From assembly GCA_965203315.1 (NCBI GenBank), contig OZ241857.1:768001-832000 (forward strand): a stretch of 64,000 nucleotides of DNA, written 5' to 3'. This document shows positions 1 to 9,894 of the stretch, in pieces. How positions within the stretch are numbered: the stretch's first letter is position 1; every line of letters begins with the position of its first letter. Origin of the DNA: Nitrosopumilus sp. GTDB lineage: Archaea; Thermoproteota; Nitrososphaeria; Nitrososphaerales; Nitrosopumilaceae. The position numbers and the translations under genes were made by a program. The notes under the pieces were generated by a model, which had not been told where the DNA came from, made no database searches, and saw nothing but the letters and a program-made list of their open reading frames with translations.

Positions 1-2
1 GA

Positions 3-752
3 GTGGGGATAACTCCATTACTTGAAGCATGTCAGAGATGTGACTATTGTAACGAGGGCAAAGAGTACCTATGCGAATCATCCACAATTACTGGCGAATC
101 TCTCAAAGGAGGATACACTCAATACATCACGGTTGTCGAAGACTTTGCTACAAAAGTCCCAGACAGTATGAGTCCCGAGTATGCTGCACCACTCTTTTGT
201 GCAGGAATAACAGCATACAAGGCAGTAAAAGCTATAGAGCCAAAACCCAGAATGCGACTAGGGATATTCGGAGTTGGTGGAGTAGGCCACATGGCGATCC
301 AGTTTGCCAAATTAAAAGGGTGTAATGTTGTTGCGTTCTCTCGAACTAGTAAACATCTAGAGGTTGCAAAGCGACTTGGAGCTATAGATGTGATCGACTC
401 TACAGAACCAGCTAGAGTTCTAGACACGATAACAGAGAGAGGACTGCTCGATGCAGCAATAGTATTTGCGCCATCTGATACCATAACAGAGGTGGCCATT
501 CGATCGGTAAGAAAGGGAGGAGTAATCGTAATCGCAACTATTGGTGGACCATTACCGTTTATGGCATTTGAAGAGAAGACCATTAGGGGAACGCTTATCG
601 GATCTATCAAAGATATGGAGCAGGTCATAAAGATATGCGATACAGAGAGTCTAAAAGTAGTATCAGAAAAGTTTCCACTAGAGTCTGCAAACGATGTACT
701 CAAAAAACTCAAAGACTCAAAGATATCTGCAAGAGCAGTACTCATCCCATAA
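3..752 (+). CDS. Zn-dependent alcohol dehydrogenase (MDR family), 5'-truncated by window edge
   Basis: CxxCxxCxxxxxxxC structural Zn motif, APLFCAGIT, GxGGVG Rossmann motif. Confidence 0.9.
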   Translation: MGITPLLEACQRCDYCNEGKEYLCESSTITGESLKGGYTQYITVVEDFATKVPDSMSPEYAAPLFCAGITAYKAVKAIEPKPRMRLGIFGVGGVGHMAIQFAKLKGCNVVAFSRTSKHLEVAKRLGAIDVIDSTEPARVLDTITERGLLDAAIVFAPSDTITEVAIRSVRKGGVIVIATIGGPLPFMAFEEKTIRGTLIGSIKDMEQVIKICDTESLKVVSEKFPLESANDVLKKLKDSKISARAVLIP

Positions 753-800
753 TACGGAATACGTTGAGAATGTGTATTAATCACCAGGCATTTATCTAAG

Positions 801-1430
801 ATGTACAAACGTGTAGTTCATATACGTTTTAGAATCAAAATTATTCTAGTTCCGATTGTTGTTTCCATCTTAGTCATATTCCCAATCACAATTTTAGACA
901 TAGATAACAGTACCGTGTATCGCATAGCTGCGATCATCACAATACTCTCGGTAATCATTTCTCCATCCATGTATTTTCTACAGAGACGCGATAGTGAAAA
1001 AATGATGTTAGTTAAGGAAGAAAGAGAGAGAAAGAGAGCGTCAAACAACATCTGCCGCGAACTTCAAGACACGTTAGAAGGATTAGATCGCAATAAGCAT
1101 TACAACCGTGCAATAGATTTTGAAACTAAGCATGGTCAAAAAGTGTTTTTTATGAATAGATTATTTAACCATGACTTTTATGATAGTTTGATATTTTCAG
1201 GAAAAATCAATTTTCTTGAACCCGATCTCCAGCAATCTGTTCAGAATATTTTTAGAATTATTAAAATGCATAACGAATATTTGAAACTAACAGAAAAAAT
1301 GAGTCAAGAAAAACAAGAAACGTTTCCAGAAGAAACGTACAAATATTATATTTGGATGGATGAGCAAGAAAAACAGTTACTAAAGCATATACCGATTATG
1401 ATAGAAAAACTCGAATCCAAATTTATGTGA
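801..1430 (+). CDS. Hypothetical membrane protein (2 N-terminal TM helices)
   Basis: 209-aa ORF with a hydrophobic N-terminus and an AT-rich helical C-terminus. Confidence 0.65.
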   Translation: MYKRVVHIRFRIKIILVPIVVSILVIFPITILDIDNSTVYRIAAIITILSVIISPSMYFLQRRDSEKMMLVKEERERKRASNNICRELQDTLEGLDRNKHYNRAIDFETKHGQKVFFMNRLFNHDFYDSLIFSGKINFLEPDLQQSVQNIFRIIKMHNEYLKLTEKMSQEKQETFPEETYKYYIWMDEQEKQLLKHIPIMIEKLESKFM

Positions 1431-1686
1431 TTTCTATAAAAAATATTGATAGGATCAGTCATCTGAGACGGGTCGGAGTTTACCCTTTCGAGCTCCTTGT
1501 ATGTCTGGAGCAGGAACACTACCACACAAAAATTCAGAAAACTCATCCTTGGATTTGTCGTTTTTGTCATCAGACATACTAATTATTACGCAGACACAAC
1601 ATAAAAAAAGTATTGGTGAATAGGTTACCCGCTGGATCCAAAAAGTTGCTCACTCTTTGTCTGATGTGACGTTCTTACCAGCCACT

Positions 1687-1743
1687 GATTTCTACTTTTG
1701 ACGGTTGTTTGTTGATAAACGCTTCGTATGGCGTCTCTGTATG
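1687..1743 (-). pseudogene. Remnant of the 3' end of an IS481-family transposase
   Basis: Near-identical to 38926-38982 (encodes ETPYEAFINKQP). Confidence 0.6.
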
Positions 1744-1868
1744 CGTTCAAGTCTCCCTTTTAAGTACCCAATTAGAGCACAAGATTTGATTCGCATGGAG
1801 GGTTCTACTTGGTCTATAATTTACAGGTCTATTCATCAGTTATGAGACTAGTACCTCATCATTGCAGG

Positions 1869-1983
1869 GGATCTTTTCGGTTTACGTGGGATAGAATGGT
1901 TACAGAAAACACTACAAGATTCTATAAGGGAAAATTAGAAAAAATCCCTGTGAAACGTCATTTCAGGTAAACCGAAGAGATCC
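1869..1983. mobile_element. MITE family A, diverged copy
   Basis: TIRs GGATCTTTTCGGTTTAC / GTAAACCGAAGAGATCC; homologous in reverse orientation to 39812-39929; no TSD. Confidence 0.8.
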
Positions 1984-2211
1984 TATTGACATACACCGTC
2001 AACGTTTCACGACATGTTACTAAAATATTGCGATCAATGTGTTATGCAGATTATTTGAATACGTCATTATACTAGATATACTTTTGATACAACACAACAT
2101 CTCTCCCCACAAACACTTTGGCACATTACAGAGCAAGATCTCTCTAAGCTAGTCTTTAAAAGGGACGTAAACGCGTACGAGAATTAAATAACAGATTCGA
2201 GATAAAATCGT

Positions 2212-2364
2212 ATGAACTGTAAACGTTGTCATCATACCGACGAAGCTCATACTCCGAATCTAGCCAGTAGATCTTTGATGCGTGCAGGCAAGTGTCAAAT
2301 ACCAACATGTACTTGCCCACAATATCTAGATATCATACACGAGATCGACGAAGAACTAGTGTAA
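2212..2364 (+). CDS. Small Cys/His-rich Zn-binding protein (50 aa, absent from ORF track)
   Basis: MNCKRCHHTDEAH...CQIPTCTCPQY...; TTAAATA TATA-like box upstream. Confidence 0.75.
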   Translation: MNCKRCHHTDEAHTPNLASRSLMRAGKCQIPTCTCPQYLDIIHEIDEELV

Positions 2365-2402
2365 CAGTTTCATCTATATGTAAAACACATTACAGATCAC
2401 GC

Positions 2403-2639
2403 ATGTCTACACACAAGCCATCAGATGAGATGATCAAAGAGTTTGATGCGCTTCTCTCGAAACTTAATGCCATGGAGATTGTTGCAGTAGACGATATACA
2501 AAAAAACACAGTCAAGATCATGCGTGCTCTAGTACAAGGACAGATGCATTCGATAAGAGAGTTTGATCACCTCAAAAAGGCAATAGATCTACTAACCTTA
2601 CAACTCTTTGACATACAAAACAAGACACGTGATGTTTGA
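2403..2639 (+). CDS. Hypothetical coiled-coil protein
   Basis: ATG at 2403 gives a 78-aa helical protein (MSTHKPSDEM...). Confidence 0.7.
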   Translation: MSTHKPSDEMIKEFDALLSKLNAMEIVAVDDIQKNTVKIMRALVQGQMHSIREFDHLKKAIDLLTLQLFDIQNKTRDV

Positions 2640-2778
2640 GTCGGTCAACTTAATAATTTGACATATAGTTTTATGATTTCTGCAAAACATCCTAGGATCA
2701 GACATCGCAAATGTGTATCTAATTTTACCAAAAAGATCGAACTAGATAGTATCAACAAGGCCACATGCAACAGGAATC

Positions 2779-2953
2779 GGTTCTGTTCAATTGGCTGGGG
2801 TTGAGATCGGTATGACGTTACCTCAAAGAACGTAAAATATGAGACATAAAACAGCAGCAATTTACGACGACCGATATGAGACAGTTTCCGTATTTTGTAG
2901 AGTTTCAAGAATTTTGTGCAGAAAATGCCAACCCCTGTCAAATGAACAGAACC
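2779..2953. mobile_element. MITE family B (IS6-like ends)
   Basis: TIRs GGTTCTGTTCA / TGAACAGAACC; internal homology to the other B copies; no TSD. Confidence 0.85.
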
Positions 2954-2968
2954 CAACCTACAGTCCAC

Positions 2969-3307
2969 CTAGTGTGATTTGATAGAGTTGCATGGTGGTT
3001 TGTAGTGATCTAGTATCTTGTTCAATATACTTGCTCGACGATCATCGCTTGCAGCAAACAGAGGCAAGATTGCTAAATGCAATAAACTCTCCGAGCCAGC
3101 ATTCTCAACCCAGCATTTGAATTGCGGATTCTGGACAAAGTATGCTTTATCATCAGTGCTTGAACAGTCACCAGCATACAAGATAGTAAAAGTGTCCTTT
3201 TTAGCACCAAGAATCAGATATACAATCTTGGACATAGGAGGTCCCCAATCTGTTAGTGGGATAGGTCCCAAAAACTCGTACTGAAGTATCTGTATGCTCA
3301 ATGTCAT
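2969..3307 (-). CDS. Hypothetical protein, GIY-YIG-like
   Basis: IVYLIL...ILYAG...C-terminal YKPPCN pattern. Confidence 0.65.
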   Translation of the reverse strand: MTLSIQILQYEFLGPIPLTDWGPPMSKIVYLILGAKKDTFTILYAGDCSSTDDKAYFVQNPQFKCWVENAGSESLLHLAILPLFAASDDRRASILNKILDHYKPPCNSIKSH

Positions 3308-3677
3308 CTATAGAATACTAGTTACTTTTCTCTTTTACTGATCTTATCTTTCTGGATCCTGAAAGTTCATCTATCAACCAGAGATAAAAATCGTCTAGTT
3401 ACAAATCTCGTCTAATGTATCTTTACAGACAAAAAATTCAAAATGTGTAAATCGGTTTTGTTAATTTGTGGAGGATGATATCTAGATGACGTTACCACAA
3501 TGAATGCATATGCCATGCGAACCAAACAGCATAGTAAAAGGATGATTTACAATAGACCACACACAACCATTACCATGTTTTATAGAATTTTACGAATTTT
3601 TGTACAAAACTATCAACATCCTACAAATTAACAAAACTCATGGTGTACTCTCAATCTTTGAAGCACAGGACACAGAC

Positions 3678-6600
3678 CTACTCGGTTAGCCAGCCCAGAT
3701 TGATCAGTGTTCTGGTGCGAGAGTCTACGTCACCAAACTCGTATGTGAATATGTTGTCGATCTCTGCATATGCCTTTGTCTTGTATGCATCGTATAACGA
3801 GTCACGTAGTTCTATCATCCTTTGATTGTGCCAGTCGAGTTTGGCTTTGAATGGTGCACATATTCTGTCGTTGATGTCTGTACATACTGGAGTGGTACCT
3901 GCATATGGTGCATACTCTACTATGACAAAGTTGCCAAACGAGTTACGACTCCACGTGTTGCCAAATGCATCTGCCCATAGATCAGATACCTTGTCCGTAC
4001 GGACCAAGACCAGATTTATTGGTCTACCATCATCGCGAGATATCGTCAGACCTGGTTGTACTGTTGGTGCTGCGTTTAGTGAGGTACCAGTGACAAAGAC
4101 GCCTTCATTCATGTAGTTTATTGCAGTGGACAGCAATGTGTCTGTCACCTGTATGGCAAACGGTTCATGGTTCATCGCCTCACGGAATAGTACATCTGGG
4201 AATGTCACTTGTGTACACTGTAGTTCAGCACCTGAACATGACACTCTAGACACTGTTGTGTTTTGTATATCATAGTCTATGATGTTGTTTGGGTCGTGTA
4301 CTGTAACGTCTGTGATATAGTGGTATGATGGTTCACTATAGTTTACTCCAAGGGTTACAGAAATGTATGCTTCTGCTGCACTCACTGGAGAGCCAACGCT
4401 TGGTACACTAAATGCCAGTATTACATTGTGTAACATGTTTGGTGCGAGTGTCTTTATCGCAAATGTATGTGTCGTGTTGGTTTGTATTGTGTCTCGTTCG
4501 TACTGTACATGATATGCGGTGATATCACGGCAAGTGTCGTCCATTTTATAGCCACATGTTACCAATTGTTCACCAGTGAGTTGCGATACACCAAAGGTTG
4601 GTGCATTTGCTAGATCTCTTGACTTGCCAGAGTCTTTGTCGTCTTGATCATTCTTAGTCGTAGGTTTTGTTGTATCTGGACCCGTCGAAGTACCAGACTT
4701 TGGAATAGACTCTGTTGTAGCTCCAAAGATTGCAAGTATCTTGGATACGATAATAGTGTCTGTGCCGTCTTTGCCATAACATACCTCTGTATTGCCCTTT
4801 AGTGTATTGTTGTTAGAATTAAAGTTGGTACTGGTACACTTTGGTATCTGTACAATGTCGTTTGTGCCGTTCACATGATAAAAGATGTTTTGACCGTCCG
4901 TGTTGTTTAGTCGTATATAGACCTCTTTGTTTAATACCAGTTTACCGTCAAATGATATATTGGGATAATTAGGACATTTAGGAGTAAAGTCTGTGATCTC
5001 TAGTGCCAATGCCATATAGCTGCTCAATTTTGGTACTGTAATATCATCACCAACTTGCAATTCGGCATTATAACAGAATGTATTTGATGTGACACTGAAT
5101 GTTTTGCCAGTTATCTTTGTGTCATAATGGATGGTAATGTCGGCCCTAGTGTCATCAGAGTCATCATCATGGTGATGATATCTAGTACCGGTTCCTTGAG
5201 AGGTCTCTCTAGTGATGAACTTTATCTCGTTTGCCGTCTGAGTATTGAGACCAATAGTTGCAGTGGACGGAGTGGTATTTGGTATGGTTATCGTCAGGGT
5301 TTGGCTAGGTGTTGGCGATACAGGTTGATTGGTCACAGGTGTTGATGTACTAGCTGCAAACGTGTACGAACCGGCATGTGTACCTATCATGGCGCGTTCA
5401 GCATCTACACCGTGTATCACTATATCATATGTACCATTTGTACTTTGTGGAATGACAAAGTTGTACGAGTTGGTTATAGTACGAGTTGTATCGCCGTTGA
5501 CAGAGTTGCCGTCAGAGTCGGTTGCAATCCAAAAGAACTTTGTGGGTTTCTGCTCTTTGGCACCTTGATAGAACGTCTTTGATGTAAATTCATACTTAAT
5601 CTCGAGTCCGTTTGTTGCGTTATCTGCAGATATATCTAGGTCAAATACCTGGGCGATCGGATACGGCTGTATATGACCAAACCGGCATAGTATCTCTTCA
5701 CTCAACTGTACTGTATCACCTTGTGGAACGTATACCGTACCAGTGACACCGGATATTGTACCAGATACAAAAGTTACCGCACTTGTGGCATTTGGTAGTT
5801 CCATGATAAACTTTTTGTGGTCTTTATAGTACAGAGGTGAGCCTGTAGAGCTGTTACTGAATATGTTTTGGTTTGATATGGTGTCATTTGTTGCAAACAG
5901 TTTGGCGTTTATACTGGTAAAGTTGCCAAACTGATCCAGCATACTCTTTGGAAGAGTACTGTTATAGTTGTACCAATGACCACGCTGTTGGACAAATGTA
6001 GAGTCTAGTGATATTGTCTTTTTGAGAGTGTGATCTGCCAAGAGTAGATGTAGTCTACCGTCAAACTGTACTTTGTATAGAGCATATTTGAACAAAATAT
6101 CTTTATCTTTAGTGATTAGAACTGTGTGATGTGTGCCACTGATATCGGCCTTGCAAAGTGGTAATGTGTTGTATAGAATGGTAGGGTTGGGATATTCTAT
6201 CAGGGATGTACTGTTTATCTTTTCAGTATAGTATTCGTGTGTTCGTATTTTGCCGGTTACGGGATCGTTAGGAGTTGTAACAGGTATATCTGGGTTGAGA
6301 TTTACTGGATTTGCAGGCGTGGTTATGGTATCTGCTGCTCCATAAAAGCCAGCCAGTCGTTTTGTAATGATGACCATGTCATCACCATGTTTGCCATAAC
6401 ATACAGTGTTGTTACCTTTGAGAGTGTTGTTGCTTGTGTGAATTATTGTACTAGTACATGCAGGAATTGGTTGAGCATCTAGTATGTTGTCACGCGGAGA
6501 AAAGTAGAACGGTTTTTTGTCTGCCTTGTCATATATGGTGACTCGCATGTCCCTGCCGATTATCAATGGTTTATCAGAGGTAGCTTCAGGATCTGGTGAG

Positions 6601-7037
6601 CAACTTCCACCGCCTATAATTGTAAAGTCTAATCCGTATGCAGATAGTTTATTCTTTCTGCTAGGTTCGATATTGTTGGGTATGTCAAAGCCTGGAACAT
6701 GTTTCGCTTTGATCCATTTAACATGCTTAAAATCTGCATGGCAAAGAGTGTGAGGAGAGATCACAAGCGCAGGGTGCGCTAGTGTCCTAGCGTATGGTAC
6801 AATATAGAGATCACCAGTAGGTTTTTCTGAAACGTCAATTAATCTATGAGCGCTAGTACGATAGTGCATACGGCCATATTCTTCTAGCATGAAAGTAATT
6901 CGACCATATGTTGTCTCGTTGGTTAATGGCGGTATCGTTAATAGATCACTAGTTGCAAACGCGTCATCTAGATCAACTAGCAGAAACGGTACAACTGCTA
7001 TCAAGACTAGTAAAAAGATCAGATGACGCTTACTCAA
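3678..7037 (-). CDS. Large secreted/surface Thr-rich protein
   Basis: Signal peptide, Thr/Pro linkers, internally duplicated CTS..NNTLKGN..VCYGK module. Confidence 0.85.
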   Translation of the reverse strand: MSKRHLIFLLVLIAVVPFLLVDLDDAFATSDLLTIPPLTNETTYGRITFMLEEYGRMHYRTSAHRLIDVSEKPTGDLYIVPYARTLAHPALVISPHTLCHADFKHVKWIKAKHVPGFDIPNNIEPSRKNKLSAYGLDFTIIGGGSCSPDPEATSDKPLIIGRDMRVTIYDKADKKPFYFSPRDNILDAQPIPACTSTIIHTSNNTLKGNNTVCYGKHGDDMVIITKRLAGFYGAADTITTPANPVNLNPDIPVTTPNDPVTGKIRTHEYYTEKINSTSLIEYPNPTILYNTLPLCKADISGTHHTVLITKDKDILFKYALYKVQFDGRLHLLLADHTLKKTISLDSTFVQQRGHWYNYNSTLPKSMLDQFGNFTSINAKLFATNDTISNQNIFSNSSTGSPLYYKDHKKFIMELPNATSAVTFVSGTISGVTGTVYVPQGDTVQLSEEILCRFGHIQPYPIAQVFDLDISADNATNGLEIKYEFTSKTFYQGAKEQKPTKFFWIATDSDGNSVNGDTTRTITNSYNFVIPQSTNGTYDIVIHGVDAERAMIGTHAGSYTFAASTSTPVTNQPVSPTPSQTLTITIPNTTPSTATIGLNTQTANEIKFITRETSQGTGTRYHHHDDDSDDTRADITIHYDTKITGKTFSVTSNTFCYNAELQVGDDITVPKLSSYMALALEITDFTPKCPNYPNISFDGKLVLNKEVYIRLNNTDGQNIFYHVNGTNDIVQIPKCTSTNFNSNNNTLKGNTEVCYGKDGTDTIIVSKILAIFGATTESIPKSGTSTGPDTTKPTTKNDQDDKDSGKSRDLANAPTFGVSQLTGEQLVTCGYKMDDTCRDITAYHVQYERDTIQTNTTHTFAIKTLAPNMLHNVILAFSVPSVGSPVSAAEAYISVTLGVNYSEPSYHYITDVTVHDPNNIIDYDIQNTTVSRVSCSGAELQCTQVTFPDVLFREAMNHEPFAIQVTDTLLSTAINYMNEGVFVTGTSLNAAPTVQPGLTISRDDGRPINLVLVRTDKVSDLWADAFGNTWSRNSFGNFVIVEYAPYAGTTPVCTDINDRICAPFKAKLDWHNQRMIELRDSLYDAYKTKAYAEIDNIFTYEFGDVDSRTRTLINLGWLTE

Positions 7038-7045
7038 TAATTACT

Positions 7046-7057
7046 CCCCCCCCCCCC
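7046..7057 (-). repeat. G12 homopolymer between the TATA box and the start codon of the secreted protein
   Basis: Minus strand reads TTTTATAAGATAC-G12-AGTAATTA-TTG. Confidence 0.8.
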
Positions 7058-7160
7058 GTATCTTATAAAAGTATCTTGTAGACTTGTGACGAGTACTCAC
7101 AAGTACGATCAGTTCGAGCTTGAAACGATTAAATTCAAGATCACATAAAAATCAATATCG

Positions 7161-7409
7161 ATGAAAGATCCACACAATCATGCAAAGGTAGGATACTCTA
7201 TGATCGTAGTTGCAGGTAGTCTTGCTGCCATAGGTCTCTTGACACTCTTTATTGGAGGAGATGTCTTGTTCTCAGATAACATGCAACGTAGTAACACAAT
7301 CCACTTTAATGAATGTAAAGATAGTGACTTCAAGGGTGAGGGGTGTGAAAAGTATTGGGATCGAATCAACAACCAGATATCTGGCATATATGTAGAACTA
7401 GATGAATAG
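7161..7409 (+). CDS. Small membrane protein
   Basis: One TM helix and a C-terminal Cys pair. Confidence 0.7.
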   Translation: MKDPHNHAKVGYSMIVVAGSLAAIGLLTLFIGGDVLFSDNMQRSNTIHFNECKDSDFKGEGCEKYWDRINNQISGIYVELDE

Positions 7410-8102
7410 CTAGAACCCATTAGCAAAGTCTTCAAGCATATTTTTGTTCTTGGTGAGCTTGTTCATTGCGTAAAATGCTCCACCAACTACACCGGCTTGA
7501 TAAAAGGTATACAAGAATACACCAGAGGATGTGGGATCAGACTTTGTAAAACTCAATATCAACATACTAAAAAAGATAAAAGTGCCCATAAACGTTACAA
7601 CATGATTTAGAGAACCGCTATTCAACCCAACCATACGTTTTGTTGCAGCTGCCATGAGTGTTATACTAGTGATGATCAGAAATGTTGCTCCACCGTTTGC
7701 TGTAACAAACTGCATGACCCATGAGATTAGCCCCTCTTCTTCTAACACCGAGATCTCCGGCAAGACACTACCACCATTTATAGCAAAGTTGACGGCACTA
7801 AACATTCCACCAATTACAAAGAAGAATAGAAATATCTTGATCGTGGCGCGTTTGAACGGACTACGTGTCTCAGACGGCATCACAGCACGCTCGGTTATCC
7901 TTATTCCATAGAGAAGACCTATCAACATCGCAGGCACGAACATCAGATTTATCAAGATCGGTGACTCGGCATTTATCTGATTGATGTGTGGATAAAATAT
8001 CAAAAAGACCAGCATAGCAGAGATGGTCGCAAACACAAAGACCAACAAACCGACGTATCGATGCTTGTGTACGCCAGAGTCAGTACCGTCCCAATTATAC
8101 AT
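7410..8102 (-). CDS. Multi-pass membrane protein
   Basis: About 6 hydrophobic segments. Confidence 0.75.
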   Translation of the reverse strand: MYNWDGTDSGVHKHRYVGLLVFVFATISAMLVFLIFYPHINQINAESPILINLMFVPAMLIGLLYGIRITERAVMPSETRSPFKRATIKIFLFFFVIGGMFSAVNFAINGGSVLPEISVLEEEGLISWVMQFVTANGGATFLIITSITLMAAATKRMVGLNSGSLNHVVTFMGTFIFFSMLILSFTKSDPTSSGVFLYTFYQAGVVGGAFYAMNKLTKNKNMLEDFANGF

Positions 8103-8196
8103 ACTATATAGTGTACAACTCGGATTAAAAGAGCAGGTAGAAAATCATTTAGTCAATTAATCAATTCCTTTTTAGTAAACAGCCACGATATACGCC

Positions 8197-8388
8197 ATGA
8201 TGATCTATGTTATACTCGGCATAATATTAGTCGCATTGGGCATACTGTTTAGTCTACAAGGGCTATCCATAGTAGGCCCTACATCCTCTTTCATGTATGC
8301 AGATCCAGATTGGACTAGATACGGCATATGGATCATTTTGAGTGGGTCGATAATCAGCCTCTATAGCTATTGGAGATTGAATCGGTAG
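8197..8388 (+). CDS. Small 2-TM membrane protein
   Basis: G.....LQG...GP..SFMY..P.W pattern with two TM helices. Confidence 0.7.
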   Translation: MMIYVILGIILVALGILFSLQGLSIVGPTSSFMYADPDWTRYGIWIILSGSIISLYSYWRLNR

Positions 8389-8479
8389 CAGCACAGCAAC
8401 AAGAGATCGATTAAAGACGACACCGATCTAGGTAAAGGCACTCAAACCGAGGGTTAGCTTTGCGCATGTGAGTTGAATG

Positions 8480-8654
8480 GGTTCTGTTCATTTGACGGTA
8501 GTTGGCATCTTTTGCACAAAATTCTCGAAACTCTGCAAAATATGGAAACGAACTCACATCATCTATCATAAATTACTGCTGTTTTGAATCAAACATTATG
8601 CGTTCTTTGAGATAACGTCATAATGAGCTCCGCACCCGTCAATTGAACAGAACC
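8480..8654. mobile_element. MITE family B
   Basis: TIRs GGTTCTGTTCA; 8-bp TSD GTTGAATG / GTCGAATG (7/8 match). Confidence 0.9.
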
Positions 8655-8697
8655 GTCGAATGTTACGAAATTTTTCAATACAGTATTTGCATGATGG

Positions 8698-9894
8698 TTA
8701 AAAACCAGCAAGAATAGGATCGGTCGGTTTGATTATCTCACGTAAGACGATCGTTGCAAAAGAGCCACGAGATAGAGTAAAGCGTACTGTATCATCTTGG
8801 ACATGACTGTTTGTACAGCTGATCCTAGTCTGTCTAAATCCACCTTCACTACTGATCTCTTGCATCTTTGTAACAAAAAAGCTCTTTGGTGACACTCCTT
8901 GTTCTTTGAGTGTGTTTAATATGTACGAGTTAAATCTGGTCTTTTTGTAATATGCATATCCAACAAATGGCATGGCCAACTTTTGCGAATCATGATAAAA
9001 CATCTTGTTGATTACGCCCTTGGAGTCAAAGCAGATATCACCTTGCTTTGGTTCAAAGAGATCCTCGCCTGCGCTATATGCATCGCTCAACGATACATTA
9101 AACAGAAACGCTTGAAATGACTGTACAAAGAATCGCCGCAACGATATAGGTAATGCACGTAAAGCACGATATGCGTTACTATGATTGATCATCTCTTTTA
9201 GGATTATTCTCTCAATATCCATCTTTGATGGAACTTGATCGAGATACTTTGCATAGTTGTTGGGGTCTTGGAGCTTGTCTCGAATCTCTGTATTCTCTGC
9301 AGAGTCGTAGGGTGATGTAAAAGCTAGTACTAGGCGTACTGCATGATCAAAGTCTTGTTGTACGAGTGCCTTGCCTATGAGATGTGTTACAGGACGTTTG
9401 GAACCAAATCTCTGATAACCATAAAAATTCAATATCTTGTCATACTCACAAAACGACTTTAACGTGTCAGAACAGTCTTGGATCTTTATGGTAAATCTAT
9501 TTCCAACCATCTCTCTTTTAGATAATGGTCGCTCTGTTGATCCAATGTATACTAGTTCATATTTATCGGTCTTGAGATCATCTATGGGTTTATCCTTTCT
9601 TTTAGCGCATACATACTGCGTAGTAGATGCCAAAGCGTCCTTGAGACCCAGCGATTTGAGACGAATGCGAGTTCGTCTAAAGACATCATCTAGTGCATGA
9701 GTTGTGTCAATTCGACTCTTCTTTAGTTTGTATACACAATAGTCTCCCTTACTGGATATAGACATTATTGCACGCTTTGATATAACTTCTGACACGTCAA
9801 AGTCACTTGGCGTGTTTCGTATTGTACCACCTGTACCTGGAAAGTCTGTACTGTATACTCTTATGCCGATCTGAGAATCTATCTCGGGGATCAC
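8698..9894 (-). CDS. truD: tRNA pseudouridine(13) synthase
   Basis: GLKD catalytic motif, NFYGYQRFG, FTLSRGSFATIVLRE. Confidence 0.95.
   Translation of the reverse strand: MIPEIDSQIGIRVYSTDFPGTGGTIRNTPSDFDVSEVISKRAIMSISSKGDYCVYKLKKSRIDTTHALDDVFRRTRIRLKSLGLKDALASTTQYVCAKRKDKPIDDLKTDKYELVYIGSTERPLSKREMVGNRFTIKIQDCSDTLKSFCEYDKILNFYGYQRFGSKRPVTHLIGKALVQQDFDHAVRLVLAFTSPYDSAENTEIRDKLQDPNNYAKYLDQVPSKMDIERIILKEMINHSNAYRALRALPISLRRFFVQSFQAFLFNVSLSDAYSAGEDLFEPKQGDICFDSKGVINKMFYHDSQKLAMPFVGYAYYKKTRFNSYILNTLKEQGVSPKSFFVTKMQEISSEGGFRQTRISCTNSHVQDDTVRFTLSRGSFATIVLREIIKPTDPILAGF

Noticed and set aside
2645-2968. ORFs crossing family-B MITEs (also 46839-47045, 57789-57986, 57890-58099)
   Set aside because: They are chance frames through repeat DNA with no protein motifs
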